Virus record (IMG/VR): IMGVR_UViG_3300042317_000390
Span: 104,654 to 168,653 of that record
Origin: a virus
DNA length: 64,000 bases
Strand: one strand, 5' to 3'
The position numbers and the translations under genes are program-made. Positions 21,906 to 31,515 of the stretch are shown here, piece by piece; within the stretch, counting starts at the first letter, position 1, and each line of letters begins with the position of its first letter. A model generated the notes under the pieces. The model did not search any database and was not told the DNA's origin. It was given only the letters and a program-made list of their open reading frames with translations.

Positions 21906-23705
21906 ATGGCAGAGTTTTTCGGTTTCGAATTCAGAAAAAAGAAGCAGGACGTAGAGTTACCATCATTTGCTCCACCAAAGGACTCAGATGATGGGGCTGT
22001 TGTCGTTTCTGCTGGTGGTGCTTTTGGTACATACGTAGACTTAGATGGCACAGTAAGATCTGAAGCAGAATTAGTTACAAAGTATAGAGAAATGTCTCTT
22101 CAGCCTGAGTGTGACTCAGCAGTTGATGAGATTGTAAACGAATCAATCGCTATCGATGAAGATAAAGTCGTAGAAATTAATCTTGAAGATGTTAAGATTA
22201 ACGATAACATTAAGAAGATTATTCGTGAAGAGTTTGATAATTGTTTAAAGATTCTAGAATTTAATCGTTTTGCTTATGAGATTTATCGTCGTTGGTATAT
22301 TGATGGTCGTTTATACTATCATGTAGTAATTGACGAGAGAGCGCCACAAGAAGGCATCAAAGAACTTAGATATATCGATCCTCGCAAGATACGTAAGGTC
22401 AGAGAAGTTCAGAAGAAAAAAGTTCAAGCTAATAACCCAGGCGATGCAGTAGTAACAAAAACTGTTAACGAATATTTTATTTTTAATGATAAGGGATTTA
22501 ATTTTGGCAATAAGGCAGTTGGACCATCAACCACCGGTCTAAAGATTGCTAAGGACTCTATTCTTCATGTTGTTTCTGGTCTAACGGACAACCAAGGAAC
22601 GATGGTTCTTTCATATCTTCATAAAGCGATAAAACCACTAAACCAGTTGCGCACACTGGAAGATGCCTTGGTAATTTATCGTCTTGCTCGTGCGCCCGAA
22701 CGCCGTATTTGGTACATTGACGTTGGTAATCTACCTAAGATGAAGGCAGAACAATACGTCCGTGACATTATGGTTAAGCATAAGAACAGATTAATATATG
22801 ACGCCCAGACAGGCGACATTAGAGACGACCGTAAATTCATGACGATGCTTGAAGACTATTGGCTTCCTCGTCGTGAAGGTGGTAGAGGTACGGAGGTTAC
22901 TACCCTACCAGGCGGTCAGACACTAGGACAGATGGATGACGTTCTTTACTTCCAGAAGAAGTTTTTGAACGCTCTAAACGTCCCAGTGTCACGACTTAAT
23001 TCAGATGCTCTATTCTCACTAGGTAGAGCAACAGAAATTACCAGAGACGAATTGAAGTTCGTTAGATTCATTACAAGACTAAGAAATAGATTTTCTCAGT
23101 TATTCTTAAAGATGCTAGAGAAGCAACTAGTTCTAAAGGGTGTCACGACTCTTGATGACTGGAAAATATTCTCTAATGACATCAAGTTCGATTACGAAAA
23201 AGATAATTACTTCACCGAACTTAAAGATGCAGAAATTGCTCAGGGTCGTATTCAGCTTGCCGATGCGTTCCAGAATATTGCGGGTAAGTATTATTCACAC
23301 ACTTGGATTCGTAAGAATATCCTACATCAATCAGATGAAGATATTGAAGTACAAGATGCTCTAATTAATTCAGAGAATCAGTCTCAAGATCCAAGATGGA
23401 TTAACCCAGTTATTGAACAGAATCTCCAGATGGTTCAGCAGATAGATGCTATGAATCAACAACAAGATTTAATGCCAGGAACTGAAGGCTCTATGGGTAG
23501 AGACGAAGAATTAGTTAAAAAGATGGAGCAGGTTCGTAACGCTCAGATCATCGTTAAGCAGATGAAGCAGCTTGGTAAACCTAATAGAACTCCAAAGGAT
23601 GAAGAAAAGTACAAGGCAGCAATTCAGGTATTAGCTAAGAATAAAGACCTAGCTACCAGAGTTACAGGAACAGCCGGTACACAACCAGAACAACAGCAAG
23701 GATAA
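21906..23705 (+). CDS. g20: portal protein gp20
   Basis: WYIDGRLYYH, IYRLARAPERR, EDYWLPRREGGRGTEVTTLPGG. Confidence 0.95.
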   Translation: MAEFFGFEFRKKKQDVELPSFAPPKDSDDGAVVVSAGGAFGTYVDLDGTVRSEAELVTKYREMSLQPECDSAVDEIVNESIAIDEDKVVEINLEDVKINDNIKKIIREEFDNCLKILEFNRFAYEIYRRWYIDGRLYYHVVIDERAPQEGIKELRYIDPRKIRKVREVQKKKVQANNPGDAVVTKTVNEYFIFNDKGFNFGNKAVGPSTTGLKIAKDSILHVVSGLTDNQGTMVLSYLHKAIKPLNQLRTLEDALVIYRLARAPERRIWYIDVGNLPKMKAEQYVRDIMVKHKNRLIYDAQTGDIRDDRKFMTMLEDYWLPRREGGRGTEVTTLPGGQTLGQMDDVLYFQKKFLNALNVPVSRLNSDALFSLGRATEITRDELKFVRFITRLRNRFSQLFLKMLEKQLVLKGVTTLDDWKIFSNDIKFDYEKDNYFTELKDAEIAQGRIQLADAFQNIAGKYYSHTWIRKNILHQSDEDIEVQDALINSENQSQDPRWINPVIEQNLQMVQQIDAMNQQQDLMPGTEGSMGRDEELVKKMEQVRNAQIIVKQMKQLGKPNRTPKDEEKYKAAIQVLAKNKDLATRVTGTAGTQPEQQQG

Positions 23706-23711
23706 TATATC

Positions 23712-23945
23712 ATGACTGATAAATATACTTTAGATGATTTACTTATTTCAGCCGCTGAGCAGAAACCAGTTGAGTTTGAAGCAGCTTTTAATGATCTCGT
23801 AGTTGATAGAATTAGAGATAGAGTTGAAGCTCGTAAAGTTGAAATCGCTCAACAGTTATACAATTATGAGCCAGAACAAGAGCCAGAAGCTGAGCAAGAA
23901 CCAGAATACGAAGAAGATTCTTTAGAAACATCAGAGGAAGAATAG
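23712..23945 (+). CDS. small acidic prohead core protein (gp67-like)
   Basis: Position after the portal gene, Glu-rich tail. Confidence 0.55.
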   Translation: MTDKYTLDDLLISAAEQKPVEFEAAFNDLVVDRIRDRVEARKVEIAQQLYNYEPEQEPEAEQEPEYEEDSLETSEEE

Positions 23946-23946
23946 A

Positions 23947-24942
23947 ATGGCAAAGAAGCCTTTAAAAGACGTTTTAGCTGGTGTTAAATCCAGCAAGGTC
24001 GTTAAGCTAAACCATAAGGATATGTACCAATGGAACTCTCCTGATGGTCTAAAGTTTATTGACGATAAGCATCCAGTAGAGAAGCACGAAGATCGTGTTG
24101 GTAATGGCGACGATGTTTATACTGGTTCAACGAAGCCAGCTAAGTATCCACGTCAGGAAGCAAGCGTTTACGAAGAGACAGACTCAAATATAACCAACCA
24201 GAAGCTAGGTGCTGGTGAAAAAAAGACTGCAATTATGTCATTCTCTGAATCCTGTGGTTGTAACAATACTAAAGAAGGTATGCAGTGTGAAGTTCATGGT
24301 ATGGACGAATGCCCAGGTTACACCGACAAAAAAGATCGCAAGTTACTTGTCGATAAAAAGACCAACGAAGGAATCGAGATTGGCAAGGCTCTAAGAGTCG
24401 GTAATCAGTTTACAGATTCTCATCTTATGAAAAATAAGAAGGATTCAAGAAGTTTAGGCAAACCAGCTGGTCTTCTTGATAGAACAAACAAGACAATCGG
24501 TAAGTTAAAAGGATCAACTTTCTTAGTAAAGAAGATGACTGAAGATGAACAACTAGATGAATTGTCTGGAAGAATTTTAGCTGCATATGTTAAAAAGGCA
24601 GCTAGTGAAGTTCAGAAACTAAAGAATATCAAAGATCCAATGAATAGAAAAGCTTCTGATATGGTTAATATAGATAAGAGAGAAGCTGGTATTGAAAAAG
24701 CAAAAAACAAGTTAGACGAAGTTGCTCCTTCAGATCCAAAGATTGAAGATTGGATCAAGTCAAATAAAGAGCGTTTCGTTAAGGAATATGGTAAAGAAAA
24801 AGGCATGAAAATTCTTTACGCCAAAGCTTGGAAGATGCACGGACGTTCTGAGTCTGGTAATTCTCCAGCTACTCTTACAGATTACACTGGACCGGGAGCA
24901 GCCGGTTGGTCAACGGGCAGACTTGATACAGGGACACTCTAA
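23947..24942 (+). CDS. probable prohead core / internal head protein
   Basis: Highly charged, LDE motifs, located between g20 and g21. Confidence 0.45.
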   Translation: MAKKPLKDVLAGVKSSKVVKLNHKDMYQWNSPDGLKFIDDKHPVEKHEDRVGNGDDVYTGSTKPAKYPRQEASVYEETDSNITNQKLGAGEKKTAIMSFSESCGCNNTKEGMQCEVHGMDECPGYTDKKDRKLLVDKKTNEGIEIGKALRVGNQFTDSHLMKNKKDSRSLGKPAGLLDRTNKTIGKLKGSTFLVKKMTEDEQLDELSGRILAAYVKKAASEVQKLKNIKDPMNRKASDMVNIDKREAGIEKAKNKLDEVAPSDPKIEDWIKSNKERFVKEYGKEKGMKILYAKAWKMHGRSESGNSPATLTDYTGPGAAGWSTGRLDTGTL

Positions 24943-25190
24943 TGATATTCAAATTACTAGGAAACGAAATCGATATTAATAGCACAGCAAACGATGTTTA
25001 CACAAGCGTTCTTGTTCGTGTTGTTAATAGAGGAACTGCTAATACAATTCTAATTCAAAAATATTCTAACGGTGTTCAATTCGCATCAACTACCGTATTG
25101 GGTAATAGTGAGATTGTTATTCAAAAAAGCGGTTCTGATATTATCATAGGCGCTAATATGGTAGCAACTCCTATAGCTTACAAGTATTAA
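24942..25190 (+). CDS. hypothetical protein
   Basis: Translationally coupled ORF in the head operon. Confidence 0.5.
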   Translation: MIFKLLGNEIDINSTANDVYTSVLVRVVNRGTANTILIQKYSNGVQFASTTVLGNSEIVIQKSGSDIIIGANMVATPIAYKY

Positions 25191-25199
25191 GGGAAAGAA

Positions 25200-25877
25200 A
25201 TGAAACTCATTACCGAATTATTTGAAGATGTAGAATATCTTTCAGAAGCAAAAGAAAGCGGAGAGAAAGAGCATTATATTCACGGCATCTTCTTACAGAG
25301 TAATATCAAGAATCGTAACGGTAGAATTTATCCAGAGCAAGTCATGGATAAAGAAGTTGCTCGTTACATCAAGGAAGTTGTTGATGCAAAGCGTGCCTAT
25401 GGTGAGCTAGGACATCCAGCTGGTCCACAGATCAATCTTGATAGAGTTTCACATATCATCACTGAATTAAAGAAAGATGGACCAAATTATATCGGTAAGG
25501 CAAAGCTAACTGATACTCCAATGGGTAACATCGCTAAAGGTCTATTAAAGTCTGGTGCTAAGCTAGGCGTTTCTTCTCGTGGTATGGGTTCATTAAAGCC
25601 CATGAAAGAAGGCGTTATGGAAGTTCAGCCAGATTACAAGATTGCAACGGCAGCTGATATCGTTGCAGATCCTTCCGCTCCAAGTGCGTTCGTTGAAGGT
25701 ATTATGGAAGGAGTAGAGTGGATCTATGATCCAGTTAAAGGAACTTGGCAAGAAGAGCAGCTTCATATTATTAAGCAAGAAGTTCATCAGATGTCAAAAG
25801 CTGAATTAGAAGAACAGAAGTTAGCTATTTTCGAGAATTATCTAACTTCATTAGCACTAAAATCCAAGTTATTATAA
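25200..25877 (+). CDS. g21: prohead protease gp21
   Basis: NRNGRIYP, GELGHP, GVSSRGMGS, DIVADPSAPSA. Confidence 0.95.
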   Translation: MKLITELFEDVEYLSEAKESGEKEHYIHGIFLQSNIKNRNGRIYPEQVMDKEVARYIKEVVDAKRAYGELGHPAGPQINLDRVSHIITELKKDGPNYIGKAKLTDTPMGNIAKGLLKSGAKLGVSSRGMGSLKPMKEGVMEVQPDYKIATAADIVADPSAPSAFVEGIMEGVEWIYDPVKGTWQEEQLHIIKQEVHQMSKAELEEQKLAIFENYLTSLALKSKLL

Positions 25878-25880
25878 ATA
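25873..25880 (+). promoter_or_regulatory. late promoter for g22
   Basis: TATAAATA. Confidence 0.85.
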
Positions 25881-25910
25881 AATTAAAATTCACAATAGGA
25901 GACTATTTCA

Positions 25911-27101
25911 ATGGCTAATAACGAACACGACCTTGAAGACGTTGCTAACCTAGACGAAGCCAAGAAAAAGGCTTGGGAAGGTAAGCACGAGGAAGAGGAA
26001 GAAGAAAAGGAAGATGAAGATTCTTCCAAGAAGTCTGTAAAAGGCAAGAAGAAAAAGGAAGAGGAAGAAGAAGAGTGTGGAAAGAAGATGGACGAGGAAA
26101 CTCTCGCTGCTTCTTCACTACATCCAGCTGCTCGTTCCGTTGCCGACGACAAGGCTCTAGCCGCATCAAAGATTGGTATGATGCAGCATATGATGGGCGT
26201 TATGGGCGCAATGAGCAAGCAGGATCTAACACATTGGTTCAATGCTACTATGGCTCAGTTTGGTCCAGGTAAGGATTGGGGCGTTGGTGATAACTCCGCT
26301 CATAATCAAGCTACAATCGACTCCAAGCTCGGCGCTGGCCCAAAGACCGCTTATCCAATGCCACATCTAAGCGTCAAGGAAGACGTTGAGGCAATGTTTG
26401 ATGGTCAGGATCTTTCAGAAGAGACAAAGGAAAAGGTTTCAACTCTATTTGAAGCCGCCGTCGCCGCAAGAATCATTGCTGAGCAGACACGTCTTGAAGA
26501 AGAGTTTGAAGCTAAGTTAGCAGAGGAAGTTGCTACTATCGGTGAAGAGCTAACGTCAAAGCTCAACACATATCTCGACTACGTTGTTGAAAATTGGATG
26601 ACAGAGAACGAAGTAGCTATCGAATCAACCCTACGCAATGAACTCGCTGAAGAGTTTATTGAAGGATTGAAGAACCTATTCGCTGAGCATTATATCAATG
26701 TTCCAGAGGATAAGGTTGATGTTCTCGAAGCAATGGCTGATAAGGTCGCTGCTCTTGAGACAAAACTTGACGAATCAATTTCTGAAAACGCAGAGTTAAA
26801 AGGTTTCATTCTAGAAGCTAAAGCAAATGAGATTTTTGAAGAAGTATCTTCTGATCTTGCACTAACTCAGAAAGATAAGTTTTCTGCTCTAGCAGAAGGA
26901 ATTGAGTTCGACGGTGATCTTGACACATATACTAAGAAGCTAATGATTGTTAAAGAGAACTATTTTAAGAATGAAACAACTTCATATTCTTCAAACATTG
27001 AAGAAGAAACATTTGAAGGTGAAGTCGCATCAACAGTTGGCGTTGACCCAGTCGTTAACCGCTACGTTGCTGCACTTTCCAGAACAGTTAAGAATACCTA
27101 A
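25911..27101 (+). CDS. g22: prohead scaffold gp22
   Basis: TLFEAAV, YLDYVVENWMTENEVAIE, LKNLFAEHYINVPE. Confidence 0.9.
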   Translation: MANNEHDLEDVANLDEAKKKAWEGKHEEEEEEKEDEDSSKKSVKGKKKKEEEEEECGKKMDEETLAASSLHPAARSVADDKALAASKIGMMQHMMGVMGAMSKQDLTHWFNATMAQFGPGKDWGVGDNSAHNQATIDSKLGAGPKTAYPMPHLSVKEDVEAMFDGQDLSEETKEKVSTLFEAAVAARIIAEQTRLEEEFEAKLAEEVATIGEELTSKLNTYLDYVVENWMTENEVAIESTLRNELAEEFIEGLKNLFAEHYINVPEDKVDVLEAMADKVAALETKLDESISENAELKGFILEAKANEIFEEVSSDLALTQKDKFSALAEGIEFDGDLDTYTKKLMIVKENYFKNETTSYSSNIEEETFEGEVASTVGVDPVVNRYVAALSRTVKNT

Positions 27102-27103
27102 TA

Positions 27104-27111
27104 TATAAATA
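27104..27111 (+). promoter_or_regulatory. late promoter for g23
   Basis: TATAAATA. Confidence 0.85.
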
Positions 27112-27145
27112 AAAATAAGCTTATTTTCTAAGAAAGGAAAAATAA

Positions 27146-28534
27146 ATGTATCTAGCTGAGGAAATTCAAAACAAGTGGGCACCAGTCCTCGACCACGACG
27201 CTCTTGGTAAGATTAAGGACCAGCATCGTCGTTCAGTCACAGCAGTTATGCTTGAGAACACAGAGAAGGCTCTCCGTGAAGCAGCTGCTCATGGTGACTT
27301 CCAGACACTAACAGAGACATCTTCTCTAGTTCCTGCTAACCTAATGGGTGGTTCTTCATCCACACAGGGTACAGGTGGTATCGATACATTCGATCCAGTT
27401 CTAATTTCTCTAGTTCGTCGCGCAATGCCAAACCTCATTGCTTACGACATCTGCGGCGTTCAGCCAATGACAGGTCCAACAGGACTTATCTTTGCTATGC
27501 GCTCACGTTATACAAATACCTCAACCTACAACTGGTCAAACTCCAGCGGTGGTCCAGAGACATTCTATAACGAAGTCAACACTGCATTCTCAACAGTTCC
27601 AAATGCTGACGCCAACGTTGCATTCGGTGGTTTCAAGGGTACAATCCCAGGTGCCACAAATACAACACCACTAACAGCTACAAATACCTATAACACTGCT
27701 ACAGGTATGTCAACAGCTCAGGCTGAAGCTCTTGGTACAGACTCAAATACTGCATTCCCACAGATGGCTTTCTCAATCGAGAAGGTTACTGTTACTGCAG
27801 TATCACGCGCCCTCAAGGCAGAGTACACCATGGAACTCGCTCAGGATCTCAAGGCTATTCACGGTCTTGACGCTGAGACAGAGCTATCCAACATTCTCTC
27901 CGCTGAGATCCTAGCCGAAATCAACCGTGAAGTTGTACGTACAGTCAACATCACAGCTGAGCCAGGCGCTCAGGAGAATGTCACGACAGCTGGCGTCTTC
28001 GATCTTGACACCGACTCAAACGGTCGTTGGTCAGTTGAGAAGTTCAAGGGACTAATGTTCCAGCTAGAGCGTGAAGCCAACCAGATCGCCAAGCAGACTC
28101 GTAGAGGCAAGGGTAACATCGTTATCTGTTCTTCAGACGTTGCTTCTGCTCTACAGATGGCCGGTGTTCTAGATTACGCTCCAGCCCTTAACTCAAACAA
28201 CCTACAGGTTGACGATACAGGCAACACCTTCGCTGGTGTTCTAAATGGTCGCCTAAAGGTTTATATCGATCCATACGCTCTAGGTGGTAACTATCTAACA
28301 GTAGGTTATAAGGGTTCAAGCGCATTCGATGCTGGCCTCTTCTACTGCCCATACGTTCCACTACAGATGGTTCGCGCAGTCGATCAGTCAAGCTTCCAGC
28401 CAAAGATCGGCTTCAAGACTCGTTATGGCATTGTTGCTAACCCATTCGCTCAGGGTCTAACCCAGGGTCTTGGTGGTCGCACAATCAGCACTAACAAGTA
28501 TTATCGCCGCATCATCGTTAACAACCTTATGTAA
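27146..28534 (+). CDS. g23: major capsid protein gp23
   Basis: KWAPVLD, GVQPMTGPTGLIFAMR, ELAQDLKAIHGLDAETEL, FQPKIGFKTRYG. Confidence 0.97.
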   Translation: MYLAEEIQNKWAPVLDHDALGKIKDQHRRSVTAVMLENTEKALREAAAHGDFQTLTETSSLVPANLMGGSSSTQGTGGIDTFDPVLISLVRRAMPNLIAYDICGVQPMTGPTGLIFAMRSRYTNTSTYNWSNSSGGPETFYNEVNTAFSTVPNADANVAFGGFKGTIPGATNTTPLTATNTYNTATGMSTAQAEALGTDSNTAFPQMAFSIEKVTVTAVSRALKAEYTMELAQDLKAIHGLDAETELSNILSAEILAEINREVVRTVNITAEPGAQENVTTAGVFDLDTDSNGRWSVEKFKGLMFQLEREANQIAKQTRRGKGNIVICSSDVASALQMAGVLDYAPALNSNNLQVDDTGNTFAGVLNGRLKVYIDPYALGGNYLTVGYKGSSAFDAGLFYCPYVPLQMVRAVDQSSFQPKIGFKTRYGIVANPFAQGLTQGLGGRTISTNKYYRRIIVNNLM

Positions 28535-28575
28535 GAGTTGCTAAGTAGACCCCGTAAACAAGGGGGCGAGAAACT

Positions 28576-28600
28576 GGGGGGCGTTTGCCCCCCTTTTTTT
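28576..28600 (+). terminator. rho-independent terminator after g23
   Basis: GGGGGGC-GTTT-GCCCCCC followed by T7. Confidence 0.85.
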
Positions 28601-28910
28601 ATCTATGATTCAATGGAACAAAATCTCTTTTTAATCTAGTTTTTAATCTATGGCAATTAGCGCATAGAGTTTTCAAATTTTCTATATTATTATTCTTTTT
28701 ATCACCATCCATATGATCAACGTCTAATTGACATGGGTGTATAGGTACAAATCCACATTCCTCACAAACCATCTTTTTATGAATGGTGTATGGTTTCCTT
28801 TTATTTTTTTCTCTGTAATTTTGTTTGCATCTCCTAGAACAAAATTTCTTATCCAATCGTCCAGATATTTCTACCTGACAATGCAAACATTTTCTGGGAT
28901 AAATACTCAT
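28599..28910 (-). mobile_element. HNH endonuclease with N-terminal Zn finger
   Basis: CxxC...FCSRRC, CEECG, DVDHMDG..NN...NL..LCANCH; AGGAGG SD. Confidence 0.85.
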
Positions 28911-28968
28911 GCTGAACCTCCTAACAGGTTTAGAATCCGTGGGAGTTGGCGCTCCGTGACGGATATAT

Positions 28969-28990
28969 TCTAATATTTATAAATATTAGA
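28969..28990. promoter_or_regulatory. palindromic divergent late promoters
   Basis: Perfect palindrome TCTAATATTTATAAATATTAGA with TATAAATA on + (28978-85) and on - (28974-81). Confidence 0.75.
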
Positions 28991-29009
28991 TGTTTAATTA
29001 GGAGTTAAT

Positions 29010-29531
29010 ATGACAGCCATAGATAACACACCATCTAATAAGAACTTTCTTAGTCCACTTAACTTTAAGTTCACGATTAAGAAAGCGCCTCATGTTAATT
29101 TCTTCATCCAAAAAGTTAATATTCCTATGATATCGTTAAGACAAGTGGATATTCCTAGCCCACTAGTCAGAATGCCTATTCCCGGTGATCACATTGATTA
29201 CACTAATCTCAATGTATCCTTTAAGGTAGATGAAGACCTACAGAACTATCTTGAGATTCATAATTGGATTAAGTCTCTTGGTAAACCAGAAGACTCAGAT
29301 CAATACTATCAAATACAACAAAAAGATAGCTGGACTGGTGAAGGTATCTATTCAGATATTTCAGTTATGGTTCTTTCCAGCACTAAGATGGCTAATTATG
29401 AAATAGTATACACAGACGCCCACCCCGTATCATTATCTGGATTAAACTTCACTACAACAGATACTGATGTCAATTACGTAGAAGCTACAGCTACATTTAA
29501 ATATACACTTTACAATATCAATAAAGTATAG
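29010..29531 (+). CDS. g3: tail tube terminator / completion protein gp3
   Basis: NFLSPLNFKF, F.VDEDLQNYLEIHNWI, ATFKY. Confidence 0.85.
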   Translation: MTAIDNTPSNKNFLSPLNFKFTIKKAPHVNFFIQKVNIPMISLRQVDIPSPLVRMPIPGDHIDYTNLNVSFKVDEDLQNYLEIHNWIKSLGKPEDSDQYYQIQQKDSWTGEGIYSDISVMVLSSTKMANYEIVYTDAHPVSLSGLNFTTTDTDVNYVEATATFKYTLYNINKV

Positions 29532-29537
29532 TATAAT
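29509..29537 (+). promoter_or_regulatory. sigma70-type (early) promoter for uvsY
   Basis: TTTACA-17 nt-TATAAT. Confidence 0.7.
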
Positions 29538-29565
29538 ACTACATTATTCATTAATGAGGTGACAT

Positions 29566-30003
29566 ATGAAACTAGAAGAAATTCTAGAACTGTGGGAAGC
29601 AGATTCCAAAGTTGATAAAACTGAATTAGGCGATGAAGCTTTAGTAATTCCAAAACTACACCACAAATACTATAGAATATATACACAAGAGCGTCTTCTT
29701 CTCCGTAAACAAGAATCGGAAATGAAGCAGCTTAAGCTTGATAAATATGAGTTCCTAACACAAGGACCAAATGAAGAAACCAAAGATAAGGGTTGGAGAT
29801 TACCACCAAAGGGTATGGTATTAAAGAGTGATATTCCCATGTATCTAGAAGCTGATGTAGATATTGTGAACTTATCTTTAAAGATCGGAATACAGCAAGA
29901 AAAGATCGACTTACTGGACTCAATCATTAAAAGCATCATGAATAGAGGGTATCTAATCAAGTCCGCTATTGATTGGCAGAAGTTTATCATGGGATCTTCT
30001 TAA
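29566..30003 (+). CDS. uvsY: recombination mediator UvsY
   Basis: W..DSKVD, IPKLHHKY, RGYLIKSAIDWQKF. Confidence 0.9.
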   Translation: MKLEEILELWEADSKVDKTELGDEALVIPKLHHKYYRIYTQERLLLRKQESEMKQLKLDKYEFLTQGPNEETKDKGWRLPPKGMVLKSDIPMYLEADVDIVNLSLKIGIQQEKIDLLDSIIKSIMNRGYLIKSAIDWQKFIMGSS

Positions 30004-31454
30004 TGGATCTAGTACAAGTAGAGAAATTCAACGAAGTATATGTAAAGGTTAAGTCTGAACCTGGCATCATGATGGAGCTAAGTGAGCATTTCACTTTTGA
30101 AGTTCCAGATGCTAAATTTATGCCTTCATACCGAAACAAATATTGGGATGGCAAGATCAGACTCCTTAACCCTATGACTGGTCTTATCTACGCTGGACTA
30201 GTAAGATATATTGAAGATTTCTGTAAGTCAAGATCCTACAAACTAGAATATCAATCAGATTTTTCCTGTGAAGAGTTTTCCTTTAAAGAAGCTAAAGAGT
30301 TCATTCTAAATATTAAACCTACAATGCAACCAAGAGATTATCAAATGGATGCATTCGTTCATGCTGTTAGGGAGAGAAGATCACTACTTCTTTCTCCCAC
30401 AGCCTCTGGTAAGTCTTTTATAATTTATTTGCTCGTGAGGTATTATGCTCGTAAAACTCTTATCGTTGTACCAACTACTTCTTTGGTCAGTCAGTTGTCC
30501 TCTGATTTTGCTGACTACGGGTTTAATTCATCTAAGCTCGTTCATTGCATTTCTGGTGGTAAAGATAAACAATCAGACAAACCTATTACAATTTCCACCT
30601 GGCAGTCTATATTCAAACTTCCAAAATCTTATTTCGAACAATTTGAGGTAGTAATTGGCGATGAAGCTCACTTATTTCAAGCAAAATCACTCACTTCTAT
30701 ACTGGACAAGCTTACTGACTGTAAGTATCGGTTTGGTTTCACTGGAACTCTTGATGGTTCAAATACCCATAAACTGGTTCTTGAAGGCTTGTTTGGTCCT
30801 GTCAGGAAAGTAATTACAACATCAGAACTAATTGAAAAGAAGCACCTAGCAGACTTTCAGATTAAAGCTATCGTCTTAACATATCCTGATGAAGTTAGAC
30901 AAATGATAGCCCGTTTAGATTACCAAGCTGAGATGGATTTCCTAGTAAGATTAGAGGCAAGGAATAAATTCATTAAAAATTTGGCTTTATCTTTGGAAGG
31001 TAATACGCTATTATTATTCCAGTTTGTGGATAAACATGGTAAAGTATTACAAGATATGGTTTCTAAAGAAGCAGGAAATAGGAAGGTATTCTTTGTTCAC
31101 GGAAAAGTTGATGGTAATGATAGAGAAGAGATTAGAAGAATTGTTGAGAAGGAAACCAATGCTATCATTGTTGCTAGTTTTGGTACTTTTTCTACCGGTG
31201 TTAATATTAAGAATCTTCATAATGTTATTTTCGCTAGTCCTTCTAAGTCTAGGATTAGAAATCTCCAATCAATAGGTCGTGGATTGCGTAAATCAGATAC
31301 TAAGACTTCTTCAACTCTATATGACATCTCTGATGACATGACATGGAAATCAAAGAAGAACTATACCTTGTTGCACTTTATCGAACGTATCAAGATTTAC
31401 AATGAAGAGAAGTTCAAGTATAAATTGTATAAAGTTCACTTAGACATTAAGTAG
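30003..31454 (+). CDS. uvsW: DNA helicase UvsW (start probably ATG 30003)
   Basis: WDGKIRL, SPTASGKS, GDEAH, QSIGRGLR. Confidence 0.93.
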   Translation: MDLVQVEKFNEVYVKVKSEPGIMMELSEHFTFEVPDAKFMPSYRNKYWDGKIRLLNPMTGLIYAGLVRYIEDFCKSRSYKLEYQSDFSCEEFSFKEAKEFILNIKPTMQPRDYQMDAFVHAVRERRSLLLSPTASGKSFIIYLLVRYYARKTLIVVPTTSLVSQLSSDFADYGFNSSKLVHCISGGKDKQSDKPITISTWQSIFKLPKSYFEQFEVVIGDEAHLFQAKSLTSILDKLTDCKYRFGFTGTLDGSNTHKLVLEGLFGPVRKVITTSELIEKKHLADFQIKAIVLTYPDEVRQMIARLDYQAEMDFLVRLEARNKFIKNLALSLEGNTLLLFQFVDKHGKVLQDMVSKEAGNRKVFFVHGKVDGNDREEIRRIVEKETNAIIVASFGTFSTGVNIKNLHNVIFASPSKSRIRNLQSIGRGLRKSDTKTSSTLYDISDDMTWKSKKNYTLLHFIERIKIYNEEKFKYKLYKVHLDIK

Positions 31455-31476
31455 TTATTTCATTCACCACATAGTG

Positions 31477-31505
31477 ATTATACCGTAAGTTGAAATTTTA
31501 GTAAA
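31477..31505 (-). promoter_or_regulatory. antisense sigma70-type promoter pointing into uvsW
   Basis: Minus strand TTTACT-17 nt-TATAAT. Confidence 0.6.
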
Positions 31506-31515
31506 GGAAAATATT

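Noticed and set aside
16945-28534. Introns or inteins in terminase, portal or capsid genes
   Set aside because: Frames are continuous; no intein C/HN termini or LAGLIDADG motifs seen.
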